Virus record (IMG/VR): IMGVR_UViG_3300038316_000276
Location: 1-30,637 of that record
Length of the DNA stretch: 30,637 bases
Reading direction: 5' to 3' (one strand)
DNA from: a virus
Lineage: Duplodnaviria; Caudoviricetes
The notes below the pieces were generated by a model, which saw only the letters and a list, made by a program, of their open reading frames with translations, ran no database searches and had not been told where the DNA came from. Below, in pieces: positions 7,417 to 15,809 of the stretch. Position 1 is the stretch's first letter. Each line of letters begins with the position of its first letter. Made by a program: the position numbers and the translations under genes.

Positions 7417-7629
7417 ATGCCAGAAGAAGTGGTTGTGATTATCGAGTGTCAAAAGTGCGGCCGGGAGGTCGGAAAATTGAGTGACTTCAAAGGCCGGCAA
7501 ATACTGATCGTGAACGGGATCGCGACCACTTTCTGGCGGGGTGTTTGTGTTGAGTGCGGCCGGGAGTTTCACTGGGATATGGGCACGAAAGCGCTGGCGG
7601 AGTTGATCTGTAAAAAGGAGAAAAAGTAG
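7417..7629 (+). CDS. Small zinc-finger protein (possible regulator)
   Basis: CQKC...CVEC; last gene of the early operon. Confidence 0.7.
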   Translation: MPEEVVVIIECQKCGREVGKLSDFKGRQILIVNGIATTFWRGVCVECGREFHWDMGTKALAELICKKEKK

Positions 7630-7659
7630 TTGTAATATTTAGATTTTCGATAGTATACT
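7630..7659 (+). promoter_or_regulatory. Sigma70-type promoter of the accessory gene
   Basis: TTGTAA-18 bp-TATACT upstream of a GGAGG RBS. Confidence 0.55.
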
Positions 7660-7697
7660 AAATCTCGGGAGTCGGAATCATATTACGGGAGGGTAAT

Positions 7698-7982
7698 GTG
7701 AATTTTTATCTTGTTACTTATGACCTAAATGCAAGGGGACAAAACTATACAGAATTAATAGATAAGATCAAAGAAGGCGGGAAATGGGCAAGGTTATCAG
7801 AATCTTCTTATGCAGTTGGAACTGAAAAGACACCACAGCAACTCTTTGATAGGCTCAAGACTAGCTTGGATTCAAACGATCAACTTTACATCGTAACAAT
7901 TGGAAAACCTTTTATCGGACGTGGTGATAGAGACGTAAATAATTGGCTTGAGAGCAATTTGACAACAAGCCATCATTTTTAA
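7698..7982 (+). CDS. Cas2/VapD-like ferredoxin-fold protein (moron)
   Basis: YLVTYDL N-terminal strand with acidic residue, ..RLSESSY.., ..LDSNDQLYIV... AT-rich, with its own promoter and terminator. Confidence 0.65.
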   Translation: MNFYLVTYDLNARGQNYTELIDKIKEGGKWARLSESSYAVGTEKTPQQLFDRLKTSLDSNDQLYIVTIGKPFIGRGDRDVNNWLESNLTTSHHF

Positions 7983-8007
7983 TATTAGCCAATAATAACC
8001 GATTCCT

Positions 8008-8050
8008 ACCAACCAACGGCCCCTCTCTAAGACCGCTGGTTGGTTTTTTA
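8008..8050 (+). terminator. Intrinsic terminator
   Basis: ACCAACCA.CGG...CCG.TGGTTGGT followed by a T-run. Confidence 0.7.
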
Positions 8051-8112
8051 ATTGATGATTCAGACGGTATAATGGTTACGCAACTTAGGCATTTTTTCCA
8101 GGAGGGCTGTCT

Positions 8113-9738
8113 ATGAACACACTTTATTATGGGGATAATCTGGATATTCTTCAGCGTTATATTAAAGATGAGTCAGTAGATCTGGTTTATTTGGATCCAC
8201 CTTTCAATTCCAACGCGAACTACAATGTGCTGTTTGCCCAAAAGGATGGGTCGCAATCCAGTGCCCAGATCCAGGCTTTTGAAGACACATGGCAATGGGA
8301 CCAAAATGCCATTCAAACCTATACCCGTGAGGTGGAAAGGGGCGGCCCTGTTGCAGACGCATTGAGGGCGTTTAACTTGATTTTAGGCGCCAGCAACATG
8401 ATGGCATATCTGACGATGATGGCGCCGAGATTGCAGGAATTAAGGCGCGTATTGAAACCCACTGGAAGCCTTTACTTGCACTGCGACCCCACCGCAAGCC
8501 ATTATCTGAAGGTGTTATTGGATATGGTGTTCGGTGCGGAGAATTTCAAGAATGAAATTGTGTGGAAAAGGAATTTCACCAAGAAGGGTTCACAATTTGA
8601 TATGACCCGTTTTGCAAATAACGCCGATATCATACTTTTCTACTCGAAAACAGATAGAGCACGTTTCAAAACAGTAAAAGAAAAGAATTTGAATGAGGAT
8701 TTAGAGAAAAAATACAATCTGGTCGACGATAAAGGGAGAAGGTTCAAGTCAGAACCCTTAGAGCTTCCCCATATGATGGCACGCCCAAACTTGGTTTATG
8801 AATTTATGGGTTATACGCCAAAATGGGGATGGATGATGTCAAAGGAGAAACTCGAAGAACTTCAAAACCAAGAGAAAATATATTTTACATCTACAGGGAA
8901 ACCAAGAAGGAAAAATTTCTTGGCTGACTATTCTGGAACCGAGGTTGATAATATTTGGATCGACATTCATCCTCTAGGTCAAAAACAATCTGAGTCTATG
9001 GGTTATCCAACCCAAAAACCACTTGCTCTATTGGAGAGAATTCTCAAAGCCTCCAGCGAACCTGGAGATGTGGTTCTAGATCCATTTTGTGGTTGTGGGA
9101 CGGCGATCGCCGCCGCTCAAAAATTAGGACGAAATTGGATCGGGATCGACATCACCCATCTTGCGATTAGTCTGGTAAAAAGACGAATGGAAGATGCTTT
9201 TGGCGAATCTATCCAATACGAAGTGGTTGGTGAGCCAACAACAGTGGATGGAGCACGAACACTTGCAGAACAAGATAAATACCAGTTTCAATGGTGGGCA
9301 TTGGGGCTGGTTGGAGCAAGACCTGCAGATCAGAAAAAAGGTGCGGATCATGGCGTGGACGGTCGGCTGTACTTCCATGATGACGCGTCAGGAAAAACAA
9401 AACAGGTCGTTCTTTCAGTAAAGGGTGGCCAGCATGTCAGCGTCAGCCATATCCGTGATCTGAAGGGTGTTTTGGACCGAGACAAGGCGGAAATTGGCGT
9501 TTATATTTCCCTCGAAGAAGCAACCAAACCGATGCGAGCAGAAGCTGCTCAAGCTGGTTTTTATCAGTCGGATATTTGGAACCGGGATTACCCGAAAGTA
9601 CAAATTTTGACCATTGCCGAATTATTGGACGGTAAGCAGATTGACATGCCACCGATCCAGCAGGTGAACCAGACCTTCAGACGGGCAAAGAGGGAAAAGA
9701 AAAATGAAGGTGGGCAGCTGGCAATCGATTTGGAATAA
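8113..9738 (+). CDS. N6/N4 DNA methyltransferase (beta class) fused to a C-terminal Mrr-like endonuclease domain
   Basis: YLDPPF precedes YPTQKP and LDPFCGCGT. C-terminal GADHGVDG...VLSVKGG is PD-(D/E)xK-like. Confidence 0.88.
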   Translation: MNTLYYGDNLDILQRYIKDESVDLVYLDPPFNSNANYNVLFAQKDGSQSSAQIQAFEDTWQWDQNAIQTYTREVERGGPVADALRAFNLILGASNMMAYLTMMAPRLQELRRVLKPTGSLYLHCDPTASHYLKVLLDMVFGAENFKNEIVWKRNFTKKGSQFDMTRFANNADIILFYSKTDRARFKTVKEKNLNEDLEKKYNLVDDKGRRFKSEPLELPHMMARPNLVYEFMGYTPKWGWMMSKEKLEELQNQEKIYFTSTGKPRRKNFLADYSGTEVDNIWIDIHPLGQKQSESMGYPTQKPLALLERILKASSEPGDVVLDPFCGCGTAIAAAQKLGRNWIGIDITHLAISLVKRRMEDAFGESIQYEVVGEPTTVDGARTLAEQDKYQFQWWALGLVGARPADQKKGADHGVDGRLYFHDDASGKTKQVVLSVKGGQHVSVSHIRDLKGVLDRDKAEIGVYISLEEATKPMRAEAAQAGFYQSDIWNRDYPKVQILTIAELLDGKQIDMPPIQQVNQTFRRAKREKKNEGGQLAIDLE

Positions 9739-9803
9739 TTCAAGGTTATAAGGGAGTGGTTTTGTGGAAAACAGTAGAACGATGGTGTAGAATATTTATA
9801 CAT

Positions 9804-9876
9804 CTCCCCGTAACTCAATGGATAGAGTAGATACCTGCTAAGTATAAGGTTGCGCGTTCGAATCGCGCCGGGGAGA
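9804..9876 (+). tRNA. Phage tRNA with anticodon GCT (Ser codons) on a class I, Arg-like body
   Basis: Acceptor CTCCCCG/CGGGGAG; D arm ACTC-AATGGATA-GAGT; anticodon arm GATAC-CTGCTAA-GTATA; 5-nt variable loop AGGTT; T arm GCGCG-TTCGAAT-CGCGC; discriminator A; no encoded CCA. Confidence 0.9.
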
Positions 9877-9889
9877 TTGTAAATTCCGT

Positions 9890-9918
9890 TTGCACATTTA
9901 TCATAAAAATGCTATACT
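9890..9918 (+). promoter_or_regulatory. Sigma70-type promoter with no protein gene directly downstream
   Basis: TTGCAC-17 bp-TATACT with extended TG. Confidence 0.65.
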
Positions 9919-9924
9919 ATTTTT

Positions 9925-10073
9925 TAGCAGGTATCTAGCCTATTGAGTTAGACCAAAAATGACAAAAAGCCCCATGCCGCTTGTCAGCCCCGCCCCAAGA
10001 GTCCCAAACTCGAGGGGCGGTGTGCATTTAAGGAGGGGATACGGCCGGTGTCCTTTCCGTATAGTTGTTTTTT
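9925..10073 (+). ncRNA. Putative structured small RNA
   Basis: Four successive hairpins (9934-9952, 9960-9986, 9990-10020, 10032-10058), then a T-rich tract. Confidence 0.4.
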
Positions 10074-10085
10074 CCCCATGAAAGC

Positions 10086-10114
10086 TTGTAATCAGCCCCC
10101 ATATATGGTAATAT
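10086..10114 (+). promoter_or_regulatory. Putative late promoter
   Basis: TTGTAA-17 bp-TAATAT with extended TG, about 105 bp before the holin. Confidence 0.55.
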
Positions 10115-10153
10115 ATTAGGTAGAAAACCGTATATCTGGCGTTTGTTGGCTCC

Positions 10154-10203
10154 AACCAACCATTCATCTTGAGAGAGATGCCGTGGTTGGTTTTTTGTTT
10201 TTA
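10154..10203 (+). terminator. Terminator/attenuator in the late-operon leader
   Basis: AACCAACCA..CATCT..AGATG..TGGTTGGTT followed by a long T-run. Confidence 0.65.
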
Positions 10204-10220
10204 AGTCCTGGAGGATAAAG

Positions 10221-10622
10221 ATGGAATGGATGCCAATTTTGAGTAAAGTGGTTGAGGCGGTGCTGGTGGCGATTTTGCCGCCATTGGCAGTCGCACTTAT
10301 TGCATGGTTGATCGGGCTTGCGAAAAAGGCCTGGGCAGAGTTCAAGTTGATCAACCCGACGGTGGCAGATTACCTGGAATATGCTGCCAGGTTTGCCGTT
10401 GAAGCTGCTGAACAAGCGGGTGCCGCTAAACTGATAGAAGACAAAAAGGAATACGCTATCAGAATCGCGGAGGTCTGGCTTGCAGAATACCACGTAACTA
10501 TTGACATTGATCTGATCGATGCCGCGATTGAGAAGGCAGTACGTGAAATGAAGCACCCGGAAACGGCACCGCAAATCGGCGATGTTAAGCAGGTCAAGGC
10601 AACCCGCAACCTGGCAGGATAA
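10221..10622 (+). CDS. Phage holin, LL-H-like
   Basis: Single N-terminal TM helix, then AVEAAEQ...KKEYA...IDAAIEKAVREMK. GGAGG RBS. Confidence 0.82.
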   Translation: MEWMPILSKVVEAVLVAILPPLAVALIAWLIGLAKKAWAEFKLINPTVADYLEYAARFAVEAAEQAGAAKLIEDKKEYAIRIAEVWLAEYHVTIDIDLIDAAIEKAVREMKHPETAPQIGDVKQVKATRNLAG

Positions 10623-10625
10623 AGA

Positions 10626-11132
10626 GTGGATCTGTTACAGATCATCCTGGTACTGATCCCTGTGGCGCTGGGAAGCGGCGGCCTTGGTTCAGTGATCGCG
10701 ACCAATATTGCAAACCGCAAAAAAACAGAAGCGGAAGCTGAGAAAGCTGAAGCTGAAGCAGCGAAGATCAAAGCTGAAGTTGAAAAGGTCAAGGCGGATA
10801 TAGTCGATACGTTGGCAGAGCATTATGCCTTCGAACTGACTGCGTTACGTAACGAATCAAAAGATATGAAATGCCAGATCGCCAACCTGAATATCGAAAT
10901 CGCCCAGCTTAAATCAGAACGAAAATCCGGCGAGGTCACAATTGAAACATTGACAAAGAAGAACATGGAGTTGACCTCACAAGTCCGGGAGTTGACAGAA
11001 GCATCTGAAAAGAAAGATGCGCGGATCCTGGAACTTGAGAAACAGGTGGCTGTAATTCCAGGACTTGAGAAGCGCATTGCTGAGCTCACTGCTCGGCTGG
11101 ATGCTTTCAATGGGAAGAGTAACTGTGACTAA
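10626..11132 (+). CDS. Membrane-anchored coiled-coil protein (possible lysis accessory)
   Basis: N-terminal hydrophobic helix plus GSGGLG, then a long heptad region. Follows the holin. Confidence 0.7.
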   Translation: MDLLQIILVLIPVALGSGGLGSVIATNIANRKKTEAEAEKAEAEAAKIKAEVEKVKADIVDTLAEHYAFELTALRNESKDMKCQIANLNIEIAQLKSERKSGEVTIETLTKKNMELTSQVRELTEASEKKDARILELEKQVAVIPGLEKRIAELTARLDAFNGKSNCD

Positions 11133-11469
11133 TCGCCCGTTACGCCCGTGCTCGTACCCTGGCTGCCCCAACCTGGTGACAAGTGGACGTTGCCCGGAGC
11201 ATACTTCCTTGCCAGGTGGATGGACAAGAGACAGAGGCAGGCAGAGGTTGTATGACCGAAGATGGCAGAAGTTTCGAGCTGCATACCTGGCGTCACACCC
11301 TTGGTGCGTTTCGTGTGAGCGTATAGGCATAACAACACCAGCAGAACATGTGGACCATGTAATTCCGCACAAAGCCGATGTCAAAAAGTTCTGGGATGGA
11401 CCATTCCAGGCTTTGTGCCCGAGCTGTCACTCGAGGAAAACGATCGAAGAAACAGGGAGGGGGGGATGA
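11125..11469 (+). CDS. HNH endonuclease (terminase-associated, HK97 gp74-like)
   Basis: RPCSYPGC, HPWCVSC, VDHVIPH and QALCPSCHSRKT; directly before the terminase. Confidence 0.92.
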   Translation: MTNRPLRPCSYPGCPNLVTSGRCPEHTSLPGGWTRDRGRQRLYDRRWQKFRAAYLASHPWCVSCERIGITTPAEHVDHVIPHKADVKKFWDGPFQALCPSCHSRKTIEETGRGG

Positions 11470-11530
11470 AAAAGTCTCAGCTTGGAGGATGTCGAGCGCA
11501 GGTGGTCAACAGCGCGAAAAAATATCCCAA
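11455..11530. other. Probable cos region
   Basis: G-run at the HNH gene end, a GC-rich core and an A-run between HNH and the small terminase. This is the usual cos position in HNH/cos phages; the exact cut site cannot be determined. Confidence 0.4.
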
Positions 11531-11544
11531 TGTGGAGAATTCCG

Positions 11545-12189
11545 ATGCCTGCTAAAAAACCAGCTGATCTGGTGGTCAGACACGAAACTTTGGAAGAAAA
11601 AAATCAGCGAATTTCAGGAGAAATCGCGAATAAAACGGGCAGAAATTTGCCGTCTTCGGCTCCCAAAGAGCTCAAAGGCCACACTTATGCGAGGGAAAGC
11701 TGGCGAAGATTAATGCGTGAGTTTGAAAGCCTGAAAGCTGATCGGGTTGATAGCCAGGATCGGGATCTGTTGATTGCTTACTGCCTTACCTTGGAAGAAG
11801 AACAGGATTTGCTGGTCATGCGGGCAGCCGCGCTGGCAGATTGGAAGGACCGACGCGAGGATGTACTCCTTCACAGACGCCACATGGTTGATTACAAAGA
11901 GAATGAAGATGGTACCTGGGATGTACTGGCAAAGCAGCTAGTTCAAATAGTGAACAAGGTGCAGCCGGCCTACAAGACCGTTCTGGATATCGATGCCAGG
12001 CTGGACCGAAAGCGATCGAGCTTGCTTGGCTACCAGCAGCAGATGTACCTTACACCACGGTCCAGAGCTGGAGTAGTTCCCGAACGAGCTGATGAAGAAG
12101 ATTCGATGGACGAGATGGAAAAGCTGTTGGGTGATCCAACAGTCCAGTTCGAAGCCATTGTGAACAAGGGGAGCAGCCATGCCGTTTGA
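11545..12189 (+). CDS. Terminase small subunit (P27-like)
   Basis: APKEL...ARESWRRL...DRDLLIAYC...LTPRSRA; located before TerL. Confidence 0.8.
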   Translation: MPAKKPADLVVRHETLEEKNQRISGEIANKTGRNLPSSAPKELKGHTYARESWRRLMREFESLKADRVDSQDRDLLIAYCLTLEEEQDLLVMRAAALADWKDRREDVLLHRRHMVDYKENEDGTWDVLAKQLVQIVNKVQPAYKTVLDIDARLDRKRSSLLGYQQQMYLTPRSRAGVVPERADEEDSMDEMEKLLGDPTVQFEAIVNKGSSHAV

Positions 12190-13756
12190 TCAGGCAAAAG
12201 CTGACCGCGCTTGCGCATTCTTTTCCATGTTGAAACACACCGATGGGAAGTTCTATGGTCAGCCATTTAAACTGCTGCCCTGGGAAGAGAAAATCCTACG
12301 GGATGTGTATGGAACGATCAAAGAGGATGGAACACGACAGTACCGGTACATCTGGGTCGAAGTTCCCAAAAAAAACGGGAAATCGGAGCTTGGAGCAGGG
12401 GTTGCTCTATATCATCTGTTTGCTGATGGAGAAATCAATGGTGAGGTGTACGGATGCGCAGCTGATCGGGAGCAGGCATCGATTATCTATGATGTAGCCA
12501 GCAAGATGCTTGAACTGGTTCCAGCAATGCTGAAACGGTCAAAAATTCTGCCTTCTTATAAGAAAATTACCGATAAGGTAAGCGGAACGCGATACAAGGT
12601 CATGTCTTCTGAGGCATACACAAAGCACGGGTACAAACCCAGTGCAGTGCTTTTCGATGAGATCCATGCCCAGCCCAATCGTGAACTGTGGGACGTGATG
12701 ACCCACGGATCCGGCGCTTCTCGCGCCCAGCCTATCTGGTGGAACTTTACCACCGCGGGCAAGGACCCTGATCGGGTCAGCATTGGGTGGGAGCTGCATG
12801 ACTACGCCATGAAGGTTGCCTCTGGAGAGATCTCGGACCCATCATGGTATGTAGCTATCTATTCCTACGAAGGAGAAGATATCTACAACGAGGAGAACTG
12901 GTATGAAGCCAACCCTTCGCTGGGCGTGGCCAAAGATATCGAGTCAATGAGGGATGCAGCCAACCGGGCAAAAAACAGCCCGGAAGTGGAATTGAACTTC
13001 CGTTGGCTGGACTTGAACCAGTGGGTTACCACCAAGCTGACCAGCTGGATCGATTTGAGTGTTTACGACGAAACGGAAGAAGAAATTCCGGATGAACAGC
13101 TACTTGGTAAGAAGTGCTTTATCGGTCAAGACGCTTCAACCACCACCGACCTTTCCTCAATCGTAAGGCTGTTTCCACCCCAACCAGGGCTGGATCACTG
13201 GCATTTCAAGACAGACGCCTGGATCCCGCGCAATTCCCTGCAGGATCGGGTACGTAATGACAAGGTGCCCTACGACAAATGGGAAATGGGCGGGTATGTG
13301 CATGTGACAGAGGGAGATACGATCGACCATTGGGCAATCCTGGAGAAGGTCCTGGAATACAAAGCCATGTATGAAGTGATTGAGCTGGTATCGGACCCGG
13401 CATTCGCAGTAATGCTGACCCAGGCAGAGATGAAAGAAGGGATCAACGTGGTCACCCAGCAGGGCACATTCGCGGTGCTGACAGACCCGATGAACACTGT
13501 TGAAACTCTGATGCGGTCAGGCCAACTAACCCATGAGCACAGCCCGCTGTTACGCTGGACCTTTGGGAACGCGTCAATTGCGACCAATGGATCCGGCTTG
13601 AAGAAACTGGTCAAAGAGACCAAGGGTAAGAGTGTGATCAGGACCAAGAGGATCGACCCGGTCATGGCGCTGGTTCTGGCAATGTGCAGGGCTCGATTCT
13701 ATAACCAGGCGGATAACCTCGAAGAACGGATTATGTCGGAAGGATGGGGCATGTGA
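12179..13756 (+). CDS. terL: Terminase large subunit
   Basis: Walker A VPKKNGKSE, Walker B VLFDEIH, TTAG, and nuclease GQDAS...DL and RIDPVMA. Confidence 0.97.
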   Translation: MPFDQAKADRACAFFSMLKHTDGKFYGQPFKLLPWEEKILRDVYGTIKEDGTRQYRYIWVEVPKKNGKSELGAGVALYHLFADGEINGEVYGCAADREQASIIYDVASKMLELVPAMLKRSKILPSYKKITDKVSGTRYKVMSSEAYTKHGYKPSAVLFDEIHAQPNRELWDVMTHGSGASRAQPIWWNFTTAGKDPDRVSIGWELHDYAMKVASGEISDPSWYVAIYSYEGEDIYNEENWYEANPSLGVAKDIESMRDAANRAKNSPEVELNFRWLDLNQWVTTKLTSWIDLSVYDETEEEIPDEQLLGKKCFIGQDASTTTDLSSIVRLFPPQPGLDHWHFKTDAWIPRNSLQDRVRNDKVPYDKWEMGGYVHVTEGDTIDHWAILEKVLEYKAMYEVIELVSDPAFAVMLTQAEMKEGINVVTQQGTFAVLTDPMNTVETLMRSGQLTHEHSPLLRWTFGNASIATNGSGLKKLVKETKGKSVIRTKRIDPVMALVLAMCRARFYNQADNLEERIMSEGWGM

Positions 13757-14967
13757 AAAAGAACGTGATCAAGGATGCGGTAATGACCCCGATCCCAACG
13801 GAGATGCAACCTGGTGACAACAGTTATCTGCTCTATTGGCCACCGATGGCGACGATCGGTACCATTACAGTTGAAACCGCTAAAAAACTGTCCACAGTGT
13901 ACCGGTGTATGAACATTTTGAGCGACGATATCGCCGCTTTGCCTTTCCAGCAATTTGAGAGACTGGAACGCGGCTCCAGAAGAGTCAAACCCGATGGAGA
14001 CAGCCGTAATGTGGCGTATCTGATTGAGATTGAGCCTAACAGGTGGCAGACACCTTTTGTCTTCAAAAAACGCCTGATTTTGGACCTGCTGAGCATGGGG
14101 AATGCCTACATCTGGCGACCGGTGAGCGCTTACCCTGAGCTGTATCACCTGGAGGCAGGCAAAGTTCGGCCGGTATTTGATAAGCGGGGCAACCGATACT
14201 TCCAGGTGCTGTTTGACAATGGCGAAGTCAAGGATATTCCGGATCCTGAGATCCTGCACCTGATGATCAACCCGGACAAAAAAGGGGTATTCGGTAGATC
14301 TGTACTGGGTTATGCCCAGGATACGATCAACCGGCAGATCGGTGCAAATAACTCAAGAAACACTCTGATGGGCAATGGATTACTGCCTACTGCGATTCTC
14401 AAAGTGAATGGGCAGATCGGTGAAGAAGCCCGGCAAAAAGTCAAAGAAAGTTACCTCAAATCTGCAGAGGATGGGGTAATGGTCCAGGACAATGCCATTC
14501 TTGATTTCAAGCAGATCACGATGAACGCAAGCGATGTTCAGTTTTTGGAGAGCGTACAGGCAACAGAGACCGAGATTGCCAACTACTTTGGGCTGCCACA
14601 GTACAAGCTCAATTTGGGAAAGCAATCTTACCAATCGAACGAACAACAGCAGCTGGATTACCTGGGAACTACCCTGAACCCCTACCTGGTGCAGTTTGAA
14701 CAGAGTGCCAGGCTCAAATGGCTGGCAACTGAGGAGCAGGATGCCGGCTTTTTCCGGTTTGAGCGCAAAGCTCTTATGCAGCTGGATACCAAAACACAAG
14801 CGGAATTCCTGCATACCCAAATTTTGGACGGTATTTATTCACCCAATGAAGCCAGGGCAATCAATGACCTGGAACCCTACCCAGGCGGAGATCAGCACTA
14901 CTTCCCTGGCAATATGGCAGTGATCACTGAAAAAGGGCTGGTTATGCCCGGCAAGGAGAAGGAATGA
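13744..14967 (+). CDS. Portal protein, HK97 family
   Basis: VYRCMNILSDDIAALP, PNRWQT, GNAY, EIANYFGLP, SPNEARAINDLEPYPGGD. Confidence 0.95.
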   Translation: MGHVKKNVIKDAVMTPIPTEMQPGDNSYLLYWPPMATIGTITVETAKKLSTVYRCMNILSDDIAALPFQQFERLERGSRRVKPDGDSRNVAYLIEIEPNRWQTPFVFKKRLILDLLSMGNAYIWRPVSAYPELYHLEAGKVRPVFDKRGNRYFQVLFDNGEVKDIPDPEILHLMINPDKKGVFGRSVLGYAQDTINRQIGANNSRNTLMGNGLLPTAILKVNGQIGEEARQKVKESYLKSAEDGVMVQDNAILDFKQITMNASDVQFLESVQATETEIANYFGLPQYKLNLGKQSYQSNEQQQLDYLGTTLNPYLVQFEQSARLKWLATEEQDAGFFRFERKALMQLDTKTQAEFLHTQILDGIYSPNEARAINDLEPYPGGDQHYFPGNMAVITEKGLVMPGKEKE

Positions 14968-15809
14968 AATTGAACAGAACTGCAGTACAAGAAAACTCCA
15001 TTGAAACCAGGAAAACCCTGGCATTTGATGCCGTGGGGAATGGTGAGGTGGAAATCTACTGCTACGGCGACATTTGGGACAGTTTCTGGTTCTGGGATCC
15101 GGCCAATCCTCCCCCGGGGTATGTGACCCAGGACGCGATCAAGGAAGCATTGGGCCAGGCAGGCGGAAAGCCGATCTTGTTCCGTATCCATTCCTCGGGT
15201 GGGGACATGATGGCAGCCAGCGCAATCCGTGCCCTGCTGATGTCTTACCAAGGAAGGGTGACCTGTCAGGTTGACGGGTTGTGCGCAAGCGCGGCAACCT
15301 ACATCGCCACTGCAGGTGCAAAGGTGACGATGCAGGACAGCGCCTTTTTCATGATCCACGACCCCTGGACGATCACGATTGGGAATGTGGACGACCACCG
15401 GGTGACGATTAGCATGCTAAAAGAGCTGAAAAAAGGGATTGTTGAAGCATACATGGCAAAAAGTACGCTTGAACAGAGTCAGATTGAAAAAATGATGTCA
15501 GATGAGACCTGGATGAGCGCACAAACGGCGCTTGAGAATGGTTTTGTAGATGAAATCATCAGCCAGCCTGCATCCGCAAGAGCGGCTGTTATGGCAAAGG
15601 ATTCACTGCCGGTGATGAATCACGCCTTGAAGGGATACCGAGAGGTACCGGAAGCGGTGAAGGAAATGATGAATGTTACGGAGGAGCCGGCAACCAGCGT
15701 GCCGGAGAAAGCCGCCGATACAGAGCCCGACGAGGGCGAAATAGAACGCGAGGGAGCCGTCCAGGCACTGCGCGAAAAAACCCAAAAACTCAAGGAGATG
15801 AGAGTATGA
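14964..15809 (+). CDS. Head maturation protease, ClpP-like
   Basis: IHSSGG, GLCASAAT (catalytic Ser), MIHDP, ETWMSAQTALENGFVD. Confidence 0.95.
   Translation: MKLNRTAVQENSIETRKTLAFDAVGNGEVEIYCYGDIWDSFWFWDPANPPPGYVTQDAIKEALGQAGGKPILFRIHSSGGDMMAASAIRALLMSYQGRVTCQVDGLCASAATYIATAGAKVTMQDSAFFMIHDPWTITIGNVDDHRVTISMLKELKKGIVEAYMAKSTLEQSQIEKMMSDETWMSAQTALENGFVDEIISQPASARAAVMAKDSLPVMNHALKGYREVPEAVKEMMNVTEEPATSVPEKAADTEPDEGEIEREGAVQALREKTQKLKEMRV

Noticed and set aside
7698-7982. CRISPR-Cas locus suggested by the Cas2-like gene
   Set aside because: No repeat-spacer array and no cas1 or other cas gene in the window.
9804-9876. Genome-wide reassignment of AGY codons to Arg
   Set aside because: Conserved and catalytic serines (CI GDSM, ClpP ASAA, integrase RVSE, recombinase HSLRH) are encoded by AGT/AGC.
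9959-10081. 40-codon ORF in the structured region
   Set aside because: No RBS, and the composition is explained by GC hairpins.
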